Source: Octopus sinensis
Taxonomy: Eukaryota
DNA: 15,293 nt
Reading direction: 5' to 3'
Assembly: GCF_006345805.1 (NCBI RefSeq)
Contig: NW_021825574.1
Span: forward strand, 1-15,293
Positions 1 to 9,937 of the stretch are shown here, one piece after another. Positions within the stretch are counted from its first letter, which is position 1, and each line of letters begins with the position of its first letter. Under the pieces are notes generated by a model that saw only the letters and a program-made list of their open reading frames with translations, was not told where the DNA came from and did no database searches. Position numbers and translations under genes: made by a program.

Positions 1-119
1 TCCGTATACTGAAATACATACAGTCACATATACCCACAGACACACAGATACACTCATAGAAATAACAATTAAACCTCCAATAATTAACATTCACAAGTTA
101 TGCACTCTTTGTTATATCA

Positions 120-700
120 CCAATGTAGATATTTTGACAAGAACCTTTTCTAGTTATTCCCCTCCTATCGTAAACTCAACATATTCTTCTTCACTCTTAT
201 TTCTGTTGCTAATAAGCAATTATGCATGCTTGCCAAACTTGTCCTATCATATTAGTACATGTTTGCTCATCCAAATCAAGGTCTTGCATTCCGTTTTACA
301 ATTGATAACGCTTTTATTTACCTTGTTATATATATATTTACTATACATCTCTGTATACATTCTCCTTCATCGCAATTTTAAATCACGAGCCATTCTAATA
401 ATGGACTCTCGGTTTTGCTTCTAACGATATCATAGACGAAACTACATCATAATTGTTCCCCACCCTTTTCGGTAATTCTTAGCATTGGTTCAGGTTCGCT
501 GTATCTAACGAGGAACATTGGCTTGCTTCCAAAAATACATCGAAATAAATCCATTTATTCCAGTATCATTCTCAGTATTGGTTGACAGAAGAGTAAGCAC
601 ATTGTCCATAAATGCGAAGGAAGGGAGCGATGTCTCCATATGCCGTGAGCGTAAAAGAATAGTCTCAACAATAAGCTAAGCCTTCAATGGTGGATTTAAG
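120..700 (-). mobile_element. Highly decayed non-LTR retrotransposon (LINE, RTE-clade-like) reverse transcriptase fragment with stops and frameshifts
   Basis: Manual - strand translation gives RT-like motifs in the expected order and roughly the expected spacing: ILLRSRHMETSLP (from 660; cf. ILLxRLxxxxExxLP), LRMILE (575-558; cf. TLRxILE), WKQANVP (cf. LWKxLxxYGIP), GGEQL*CSFVYDIVRSKTESPLLEWLVI (from 464; cf. GVRQGCxLSPLLFxLVI), DLDLDE (283-266; cf. DLDFADD), IGGE*LEKV..KYL (168-127; cf. IxGExLExVxxFKYLG). Motif comparison is from memory, not a database search. Confidence 0.6.
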
Positions 701-1149
701 TTGAGCGAGGGATTAAGTCTAACGCATATCCGAAGGGCATGAGGAACAATTTATTAAAATCAAAGATTTATCCTTGCTTAGTAAAACTCAATAACTTTGT
801 ATTGATTCTTGAGGGTAAATATTCAGAATTTGAAAAACCGCTAAAAATAGCCGACAAAGTAAAAATTCTATAGTAGTTTATGAGAATGGAAAGGAAAGCA
901 GAGTGATTGGTTCCTCCAAATAAAAACAGATAAAAACAATACACAGCTCAAAGAATAAGTGTGTGTGTGTCTGCCTGTTTTTGGACTTGACTGTTTTTGT
1001 ACTGTTTGTACAGTATATAAGAGGGACAGAGAAAAGAGGGAAGAGCAAAGCTTCAAATCCCAACCCACGTAAACATATGGCCTATCACAATAGAATAAAA
1101 ATTAAATTTCTTTCTATGAGACTCATGTATCTCTAACGTGGTTCTAAAT

Positions 1150-1188
1150 ATACATAGATATATATGCGTGTGTGTCTGTGTGTGTGTG
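1150..1188. repeat. (TA)/(TG)n microsatellite
   Basis: tacatagatatatatgcgtgtgtgtctgtgtgtgtgtgtg seen directly. Confidence 0.9.
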
Positions 1189-1207
1189 AAAGGGTTAAGA
1201 TATCAAT

Positions 1208-1405
1208 GTTCCTTCCGGAGCCATGAGCTCATAAGGCTGTTTTACTGGTCTCTTTGGCACATAAAATCCTGAGTCCTGGCACAGGGCACCACTTCTCTGT
1301 ATTACTGACTTTTGCCAGCTGAGTGGATTGGAACAGCGTGAAATGAAATGCATTGCTCAAGAACACAATACATCGCCTGGTCTAGGAATCGACACCGCCA
1401 CGATG
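1208..1405 (-). mobile_element. tRNA-derived SINE, 5'-truncated (octopus OR/CORE-like)
   Basis: The - strand reads ...GGTGTCGATTCC (B-box-like, 1396-1385), then TGTGTTCTTGAGCAATGCATTTCATTTCACGCTGTTCCAATCCACTCAGCTG, which resembles a CORE-type SINE core and an abundant octopus SINE as I recall it. The A-box end is replaced by the TA array starting at 1406. Confidence 0.65.
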
Positions 1406-1443
1406 ATATATATATATATATATATAATATATATATATATTAA

Positions 1444-1490
<47 letters not shown>

Positions 1491-1612
1491 CATATATATA
1501 TACATGTGTGTGTGCATATATATGTATGTTGTTGTATGTATGTATGTATGTATGTATGCATGTATGTATGTATATATATATATATATAGTATATATATAT
1601 ATATATATATAT
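1406..1612. repeat. Compound (TA)n/(TG)n/(TATG)n microsatellite
   Basis: Seen directly. Confidence 0.95.
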
Positions 1613-2756
1613 GGAACAAATACGCAAAAGAGTACAATAAAATATTCGGACAGATATACGATATTAGGCGGATAAGAAAAACAACAAATAGAAGGATGGG
1701 TCATTCTTGACCGTCTTCCCTCAGTCAAGTCCCAGAAGTCACGACCGTTACGGATTGTCACACATAAGATGGTTCAATCTGGTTACCCCCCCCAAAAAAA
1801 AAAGTATAAGCTAAGAGCATTACACCCTTTTGTAAGAAAGCTAGCGAATGTGTACGGCAAGAACGACAAAAATGGAGAGCATGCGACACAAAAAGACGAA
1901 AAATGGGTAACATGGTACACTATTACGAGTGCAAAGAACAATATAATAACAACAGGTGTCTTTCGACTGAGAACGAATCAATAGGCGCATAAATGGGAGT
2001 CAAGGTGGGGAAAATATTCGAATACCGGAGGTACAGTGATATGCTTTATTATTAAAGCTGCAAAAACATCATAAAAAAATAACACAAAAGACTACTCCTC
2101 AGAGTTTCACGCTCCCGTTCGTCAGGCATTTAACGGGAAAGCGAAACTCTGTGTAGCAGATTTTTGGGATATCTTTGTGATGTTCTGCATCACTATATAT
2201 GTATTTAGTTCCGTAGGTCTCAGTGCGAACACGTTCAAAATTTCAACAATTGAACATGCTCAAAACAATTCAAGTTATATTATAAATACATCAGTTCCCC
2301 TTTATCACCACATGTCTGGAAATGTTTGAACAGGGAAAAAACAGAAAAAAAATCCCCATATGCTGAAGAATTAAAGCACATCGATAAATACCTACAAGGC
2401 AAATCGATAAAAAAGATTCACTTTAGCTGCGAGGAATTAAATCATGAAACAACTACAAGTGCAGAAGTTCCGATATTTCGTCTCTCTGTCGGGTACAGGA
2501 GGCAATATATTCTAATCCATTTTATATCTCAGTATATAATAATTGACATAGAGCAAACGAGCACTTTGCATTTCACTGAAAAGAACGGTGAAACTCCAAT
2601 GGTATCCACAAAAGCGCACACATTATGACGGCAATATTTTTTCCCTGCGCTGTCATCACCAGTAATGATTAATCCAACCAATGTTTTAGCGACAGTTCAT
2701 ATTTATCATCCCTCCTCTAATACGAATAAAGCTTCTGAATAGCAACAAATACATTC

Positions 2757-2815
2757 GCTCTCGCACTCTCTTTCTCTCTCTCTCTCTGTTTATCTCTATC
2801 TTTCTCTCTATCTAT
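2757..2815. repeat. (CT)n/(CTAT)n microsatellite
   Basis: Seen directly. Confidence 0.9.
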
Positions 2816-3001
2816 TTGTCTACGGTTATGTATTTATAAGTGAGTAATTGAGTCTCAATACTTGCGCATGAATCAATGCATTAGTTTTGTGTAAAACTTC
2901 AGAATTATTTTTCATTTCTAACGTGATTCGATGTTGTCTGCTGTGATGTACAACTTAGCTGAGAAATACCGAAAAGCTATATAGCCATCGTCACAAATAA
3001 C

Positions 3002-3064
3002 AACGACGATGACGACGACGACGATGATGATGATGATGATGATAATAATAATGATAATAATAAT
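3002..3064. repeat. Compound trinucleotide microsatellite (GAC)n-(GAT)n-(AAT)n
   Basis: aacgacgatgacgacgacgacgatgatgat...gataataataat seen directly. Confidence 0.95.
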
Positions 3065-3169
3065 ACTTATATTTGCAACAGTGGTAGTAAGTTGCATATT
3101 TTCATTATATTTTTATAATCTATACTAAATATTCCATCATATGTGGGTGTATGTCTTCATGTAAGTAGA

Positions 3170-3236
3170 CACGTATACAGACACATACACATACACACAC
3201 ACGCTCGGGCAAACCCAGACACATCCATATAAATAT

Positions 3237-3269
<33 letters not shown>

Positions 3270-3280
3270 GAAAGAGAGAC

Positions 3281-3320
<40 letters not shown>

Positions 3321-3400
3321 ATATACTCATATAGATACATATATATCTATCTTCATATATATATATATATATATATAATATATATATATATATAAATATA
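3170..3400. repeat. (CA)n, (AG)n/(AGAC)n and (TA)n microsatellites
   Basis: CA-rich ~3170-3202, AG/AGAC ~3235-3318, TA ~3330-3400. Confidence 0.9.
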
Positions 3401-4164
3401 TGTTTATTATGATATACATATTTGAATGTCTAGAATAATGCATATACATATAGCCATCATCATAAGGATAATAATAATCATAATAAAAATAGTAGGAGTC
3501 TATAATCACCATAAATAACAAACATATAAATAAAGAAAATAACTATAATAATGATATACAAACCACGTGAAAATTACAAGCCTTATAATTCGTATAAGAA
3601 TAGGGTGTACAGTTGAAAGCAAATCAGACACATATGTATTATTATTTTTTTCCTTTCTTTTTAATATCATTTGTTTTCTATAAAATATTATTACCTGTTG
3701 AAGTTGCTGCTGTCGATAGTATTGTTTGCCTCTCTAAACGTGTGCGTGTTTTATAGACTTTTTGGGGTTTTTTTTTTCTTTTTGGCTTCTTTTAAAATAT
3801 CTAACATTTTATAACATTCATCTATAACATCCCTCACAATATCAATTAATCGATCTCCGGCTGGATTTACTAAAGCCGTATTCAATTTGATTTGAATTGC
3901 TATGCACTACAACACTCACGAAACATGCAATCACTCGCATATGTGTATATGAAATAAACAGAACAACAACAAAAAAAAAGACACACGCACAGACACACGC
4001 ACCTAAATAGAGAGAGGTAGAGTGGTATGAAAAATATAGGAAAATACGTAGAAGAGAAAAACACAAACGTAAACGTAGAGATGTATAGAAAAGCAGAAAC
4101 AGTATAGACAGCGAATAGTGTGGTAAATCTACGATTGCATGCATGCTAAAACTATGCACAAACT

Positions 4165-4188
4165 TACATACACACACACACATACACA

Positions 4189-4225
<37 letters not shown>

Positions 4226-4500
4226 AATTATATATATCTAATTATATATATATATAATATATATAGAATATATATATATATATATATATAAATGGAAGCA
4301 TGTTTATATAGATACAAATATGTGTGTATGTTTGAATGTGTGATTGTATATATATATATATATGTGTATATGCATATATAAGTGTGTATACGTCTGTGTG
4401 TATATATATATGTGTGTGCGTGTGTGTGCATATATATATGCGAAAGTGCCATAGATACACACGCCCACACACATTTTGAATTGCACACACGCACACATTG
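4165..4500. repeat. Mixed (CA)n/(TA)n/(TG)n microsatellite region
   Basis: Seen directly. Confidence 0.9.
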
Positions 4501-4569
4501 TTGCATAAATACATCTTGAAATGATGAAATATTTCTAAAGGGGAGAATCTCCGAGAATAAGGTAAGACC

Positions 4570-4610
<41 letters not shown>
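4570..4610. repeat. (AAT)n microsatellite, left flank of the element pair
   Basis: About 13 perfect AAT units. Confidence 0.95.
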
Positions 4611-4612
<2 letters not shown>

Positions 4613-5164
4613 GCCCTGATGCAGTACCAGGCAGTGGCTCTCATGGCGTCTGATCTTAACTGATTGGAAGTGTTATCATGTACATTGTTTTGTCTTGGTA
4701 TAAAAGATGGGCTACAGCAAATATTCTGCTCAATACCACAGATTTGCTTGTCAGTTGTTTGACCTTAACCAGTTGAGCATGTCCCTTAGTGGCTGACGAT
4801 ATGTGCATCTCTGATCACGAGCATAAGTAGTGGGGGAGCATCATAGCCATGTGTTGAGAGGGATTCTTTGGTGTTTGAATAGTTCACCTCTGGAAACATT
4901 GGTGGTTCTTTCAACATCCTTAAACAATCCTTATTCAGGGACCTTTTGAGCGGGATGGGCTACTCAACCTGAAGAAAATTCTAACTGGGCCCCACCTGCA
5001 AGGTCATGTGCTGTTTATCTTGATATGAGATCACCATGTCGCGCACATATGGTTGTGATGCATGTGCCTGGTGTACCTTTATCAGACGGGTAGTCATGAT
5101 GGGTATATTGGGCTTCGTATATTTTACCCCAGTGTCACTTTGATGGCATGCACTGCTCTCTCAC
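4611..5164. mobile_element. ~555-bp non-coding repeat element, copy 1, embedded in (AAT)n (putative non-autonomous retroposon; family and orientation not assigned)
   Basis: Begins ATGCCCTGATGCAGTACCAGG and ends GCACTGCTCTCTCAC. Aligns without gaps to 5290-5845, with about 50 mismatches in 554 nt by manual count. AAT arrays on both sides; no recognisable ORF or clear Pol III A/B box. Confidence 0.75.
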
Positions 5165-5170
5165 ATAATC

Positions 5171-5201
<31 letters not shown>

Positions 5202-5244
5202 TAATAATAAAATAATAATAATAATAATAGTAATAATAATAATA

Positions 5245-5289
<45 letters not shown>
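5165..5289. repeat. (AAT)n microsatellite spacer between the two copies
   Basis: AAT array with a few AGT/AAA variants. Confidence 0.95.
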
Positions 5290-5290
<1 letters not shown>

Positions 5291-5845
5291 TGGCCTGATG
5301 CAGTACCAGGCATTGGCTCTCGTGGCTTCTGATCTTAACTGATTGGAAGTGTTATCATGTACATTGTTTTGTCTTGGTATAAAAGATGGGCTACAGCAAA
5401 TATTCTGCTCAATACCACAGATTTGCTTGTCAGTTGTTTGACCTTAACCAGTTGACCATGTCCCTTAGTGGCTGACGATATGTGCGTCTCTGATCATGAG
5501 CAGAAGTAGTTGGGGAGCATCATATCCACGTGTTGAGAAGAATTCTTTGGGGTTTAGATAATTCTCCTCTGGAAACGTGGGTGTTTCGTTCAACATCCTT
5601 AAACAATCCTTATTCAGGGACATTTTGAAGGTGATGGGATACTCGACCAGAAGAAAATTCAAACGGGGCCCCAACTGCAAGGTCATGCGCTGTTTATCTT
5701 GATATGAGATCACCATTTCACGCACATATGGTTGTGATATATGTGTCTAGTGTACTCTTATCAGTCAGGTAGTCATGATGGGTATACTGAGTTTCGTAGA
5801 TTTTACCCCAGTGTCACTTTGATGGCATACACTACTCTCTCATTC
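5290..5845. mobile_element. ~555-bp non-coding repeat element, copy 2, embedded in (AAT)n
   Basis: Begins ATGGCCTGATGCAGTACCAGG and ends ACACTACTCTCTCATTC. Same orientation and essentially the same termini as copy 1. Confidence 0.75.
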
Positions 5846-5879
5846 AATAATAATAATAATGATGATAATAATAATAATG

Positions 5880-5919
<40 letters not shown>

Positions 5920-6016
5920 TAACAATAACAATAATAATAATGATAATAATAAAAATAATACTAATAACAATAATAATAATAATAATAACAATAACAATAA
6001 TAATAATAAAAATAAA

Positions 6017-6066
<50 letters not shown>

Positions 6067-6120
6067 CTAACAGTAATGAGAATAAAAATGATAATGATCA
6101 TGTTGTTGAATGATAATGAT
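5846..6120. repeat. Long (AAT)n array with AAC/GAT variants
   Basis: Seen directly. Confidence 0.95.
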
Positions 6121-6702
6121 AATTATTATTGTAAAAATTACTAATTGTAATGGTGATATTTATAACCACATAGAAACAACAGAATCAGTGATTTATTCTG
6201 TGTAACAATCTCATGCTTTCATAAGAAACAAAAAGAGATCTATTTATCAAAACAGACGAAACAAATCGATATTTGTGCGGAAGTACATAAACAGCGGTAT
6301 CTAAATACAATTGTAAGAATAGATATGCATACCCAAACACTAACACATACATGGATGCTTATGTACGTACATTTACGCATAGGAAGTGTAGGATACGTAT
6401 GCATTAAAACACAGCATCTGTCAGACGTACAGAAGAATTTAAAGGAATGAGTCCTTTGATCTATCTATCTATGTGTCTCTCTATCTATCTCTTTATTTCT
6501 CTCCACACACACAGACACGCACGTATGTATCTATGTATGTACGCATGCATGTAACTATGTATGAATTCAGATACGTTAGTAGAAATAAGCTCGGGCACGA
6601 TGTTACAATCACACAACAAACTAACAAGAATTTTTATAAAATATAATCATTAGATGTAAATAAACAGAATATAGAGGTACGTATACATATGTTTGTGCGT
6701 TT

Positions 6703-6774
6703 ATAGATAGATAGGGAGAGAGAGAGAGAAAGATGGAGAGATAGATAGACAGATAGATAGATAGACATAGATAG

Positions 6775-6808
<34 letters not shown>

Positions 6809-6830
6809 ATAGATGGAGAGATAGATAGAC

Positions 6831-6863
<33 letters not shown>

Positions 6864-6906
6864 TATATAGAGAGAGAGATAGATGGAGAGATAGATAGAC
6901 AGATAG

Positions 6907-6937
<31 letters not shown>

Positions 6938-6974
6938 TAGATGGAGAGATAGATAGACAGATAGATACATAGAC

Positions 6975-7039
<65 letters not shown>

Positions 7040-7070
7040 GAGATAGATGGAGAGATAGATAGACAGATAG

Positions 7071-7103
<33 letters not shown>

Positions 7104-7136
7104 TGGAGAGATAGATAGACAGATAGATAGATAGAC

Positions 7137-7197
<61 letters not shown>

Positions 7198-7247
7198 CAT
7201 AGATGGATAGATAGATAGATACATACATACATACATACATACATACA
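6703..7247. repeat. (GATA)n/(GA)n satellite with a higher-order unit, ending in (CATA)n
   Basis: The marker GATGGAGAGATAGATAGACAGATAGATA recurs at 6732, 6812, 6882, 6940, 7046 and 7102. Confidence 0.95.
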
Positions 7248-7506
7248 TTGAGATATCTAGTAATTTACATATCTGTGTGCGTGTGAGAGAGACAGACAGA
7301 AAGAGAAGAGTACGTGATTACACATTAATATATATATATATATATATATTGAAGCTATATGACTATACGTGCATTATATATGGTCCTACCTGTGAGTATA
7401 ATTGTGTGTTTGGCGTTTACAGACTTATGCATATATAATATAATCGTTTAAATCTATCGCTTTACGGAAGTAATTTGATAATACGCGTGACAATTTCAGT
7501 ACATAC

Positions 7507-7614
7507 GATGATGAAGACAATCATGATGATGAGGAGTATGATGACGACGACGACGACGGCGATGACGAAGGTGATGATGTTGATGACGAGGATAACAACA
7601 ACAACAACAACAAC

Positions 7615-7669
<55 letters not shown>

Positions 7670-7670
7670 T

Positions 7671-7701
<31 letters not shown>

Positions 7702-7785
7702 AAGAAGAAGAAGAATTATGATAATAATAATAGTAACAAAGACTACCACAGCTACAGCCGCAACAGTTGCAACAACAACAATAAT
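7507..7785. repeat. In-phase compound trinucleotide array (GAT/GAC)-(AAC)-(AAT)-(AAG)
   Basis: Seen directly; triplet phase is preserved across the whole array. Confidence 0.95.
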
Positions 7786-7978
7786 TGATGTCAACGACAT
7801 CAAATGCCAATAAATGTAGCAGAAATTTGTTGAAGGATGGCGAATGGATAGAAAAGGAGTGGGGTGGGAAATATTTTTTTTTTACTTGAAACCAATGTAA
7901 TACTGACAACAACACCCGTTGCATCGAGGAGGATGCCGAGGTATAAGATGGAAGCACATTAATACACACGCACATTCT

Positions 7979-8002
7979 CAACAACAACAACAACAACAAC
8001 AA
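7979..8002. repeat. (AAC)n microsatellite
   Basis: Seen directly. Confidence 0.9.
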
Positions 8003-8479
8003 TCTCGTTAACAGTAGTAACATCACCAATAACAAGAATATCAAGGAAAGCTAGTGAGAGGCCAAATCTATCGATTTTTATATTCGCTTTCAAGTCGGCC
8101 GTTCTGTAAACAGCTCTGTGCTAAAGTCAAAGGAATTAGAAGGTTTGTTTGTTTTACAATTGTTTCGCGTTCTACGAATCCTTTAGTATTTTTTTTTCTT
8201 TTTATTTCATCTCCGAATTTCCTTTTCCATCAGATTATTACGCTTATTTCTCATTTATTACATTATAGTTCTTAATATTATTACGGATCTATTGAGAGAG
8301 GGCAATAACCTTTTGATAGTAAGATTAATCCTGGATTTGAGGGGCTCTGTGATTATTAGCCTCACATGATAGTCCTCTCTTGAGAATATATCACAGACAC
8401 ACAGACATATATATGCTTATATGTCTGTATGTACTTATGTGTCTATATGCATCCACATATAAAAGTATATGTTCGTAGA

Positions 8480-8640
8480 TAAAGAGATAGGTAGGTAGTT
8501 ATGTAGATAGACACATAGATAGATAGACATATAGATAAATAGACAGACAGACAGAAAATCAGACAGATAGATAGATAGAAAGATAGATAGATAGATAAAT
8601 AAATAGATAGATAGATATGTAGATAGATAGATAGATAGAT

Positions 8641-8673
<33 letters not shown>

Positions 8674-8675
8674 CT

Positions 8676-8725
<50 letters not shown>

Positions 8726-8755
8726 GGATAGATAGATAGATTAGATAGATAGATT
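8480..8755. repeat. (GATA)n/(GACA)n microsatellite
   Basis: Seen directly. Confidence 0.95.
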
Positions 8756-8764
8756 ATGTAACAC

Positions 8765-8895
8765 TTTGATTCCGTCGGAGTTGATGTCAACTTTTCCTTT
8801 CATCCTTCCAAGTTCGATAATATAAATTGCCAATCAAACACTGGATTTGATCTAATCGAACATTCACATGCCATAAACTTCCGGGCCCTGAAACC
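8765..8895 (+). mobile_element. Degenerate SINE body/3' fragment
   Basis: TTCCGTCGGAGTTGATGTCAACTTTTCCTTTCATCCTTCCAAGTTCGATAA...ACACTGGATTTGATCTAATCGA...TTCCGGGCCCTG resembles an abundant octopus SINE body (GTCGACTTTGCCTTTCATCCTTTCGGGGTCGATAA...ACTGGGGTCGATCTAATCGAC) recalled from memory; not database-verified. Confidence 0.55.
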
Positions 8896-9572
8896 GTTTT
8901 TTTTTTATGTTGTTTTATTATCAATATTATCCATTCTTGGTGGACATTGTTCAATTTCGTTCAAGAAAACTTATTGAGTGTTGTGACTTTTTAGTTAATA
9001 TTTTGTTAATAAGGAACACTACTTGAATGTGTGAATAGGGGAAAAACCAAATAATGTCCTAAAGGGCATATTTCTTCCATTTATTAATTTCCAACTAGTC
9101 TGCTTCTTGGGGGTAATTTTTTCGGGTCGGATTTTATTTGTGTTGGAGTTACAAAGACTGTAACACCTACTACGAATATCAGGGAGGGAGAGAGAGACAA
9201 ACGTTCAGGTATATCCAAAGATTTTCAATAGAAATTGTAGTCAGCACTATAATTTTGTAACGGGGCTTCGTATCCAAGACGTCAGATGTAAGCAAACAAT
9301 AAAAGAGAAGATGAAGGAATGGGTAATAAGAGATTTTTGCTCCATCATCAGCACCCATCTCATCCATTAATCATCCAGGAACTCATTGTTGAAATAACCG
9401 CGACATACAGCGCCGTAATATTATTGGATATACCAACTTGAACACATTCCTGGAAGCTATGTACGAGGGTGAGTCAAAATGTAACGCCATTTGGTTTAGG
9501 ACAGGTATAATTGCCAACACAGAAAGATGTATCATACATCAAAAGGAAGCTGGTCCTCTGTGGATCACATCC

Positions 9573-9689
9573 CTACTTCTCAACATAATCAACGTTCCTG
9601 TCAATAGCAATGTTCCACCTTTGAATGAGAGCATGTATCCCTGCCCCGTAAAATTCTGTTTACTGTTCTTTGAGACACTTCTTCACTAC
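9573..9689 (-). pseudogene. Mariner transposase C-terminal remnant
   Basis: The - strand translates VVKKCLKEQ*TEFYGAGIHALIQRWNIAIDRNVDYVEK*, matching the typical mariner ending FYxxGIxxLxxRWxxxIxxxGDYVEK. Confidence 0.85.
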
Positions 9690-9696
9690 AAAGTCA

Positions 9697-9937
9697 AAGA
9701 GACAATACTTTCTTTTCGAAGGCTCGTAAAAGGTGATGAAATATAGGTTCATCATTATGAACCGGAATCAAAGAGGCAGTCAATGGAATGGGCCACTCTA
9801 TGTCATCACCAGCGAAAAAGTACAAGACGCAAATAATCATGGCGACTGAAATAATCATGGCGACCGTCTTTTGGGATGCTCAAGGTGTCATTCTAGTCGA
9901 TTTCTTGCCAAAAGACAAAAACCAAATAAACTCATAA
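9697..9937 (+). pseudogene. Mariner transposase catalytic-domain remnant (first Asp of DD34D)
   Basis: The + strand translates RRLVKGDEI*VHHYEPESKRQSMEW, then after a frameshift SPAKKYKTQ...IMATVFWDAQGVILVDFLPK...INS. These match mariner motifs TGDETWxxxYxPExKxQSxEW and MATVFWDxxGVxLVDFL; the Trp codon is mutated to TAG at 9744-9746. Confidence 0.9.

Noticed and set aside
100-660. Penelope-like element (LPFLD-like and YIG-like strings on the - strand)
   Set aside because: The same bases fit a longer ordered series of RTE-type RT motifs better; the YIG string overlaps the KYLG motif.
2326-2628. 100-aa non-repetitive ORF MNREKTEKK...
   Set aside because: TTG start, no recognisable domain and no convincing splice context; a few ORFs of this length are expected by chance.
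5465-5725. 86-aa - strand ORF inside copy 2 of the 555-bp element
   Set aside because: The same frame in copy 1 has a stop (TAG from CTA at 4981-4983), and there is no RT or endonuclease motif.
4611-5845. Self-cleaving ribozyme (hammerhead, twister or HDV-like) in the 555-bp element
   Set aside because: CTGACGA, CTGAAGA, CTGATAAG and AAGCCC words are present, but I could not build the required stems or the downstream GAAA or pseudoknot pairings by eye. An Infernal/Rfam search would be decisive.
6703-7247. CRISPR-like repeat-spacer appearance of the recurring 28-nt marker
   Set aside because: The spacers are GATA/GA microsatellite rather than unique sequence; there are no cas genes and the context is eukaryotic.
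3002-7670. All AAT arrays lie on the + strand (possible transcription-linked asymmetry)
   Set aside because: Too few independent arrays, since three belong to one locus, and CA/TG and AG/CT arrays occur in both orientations.
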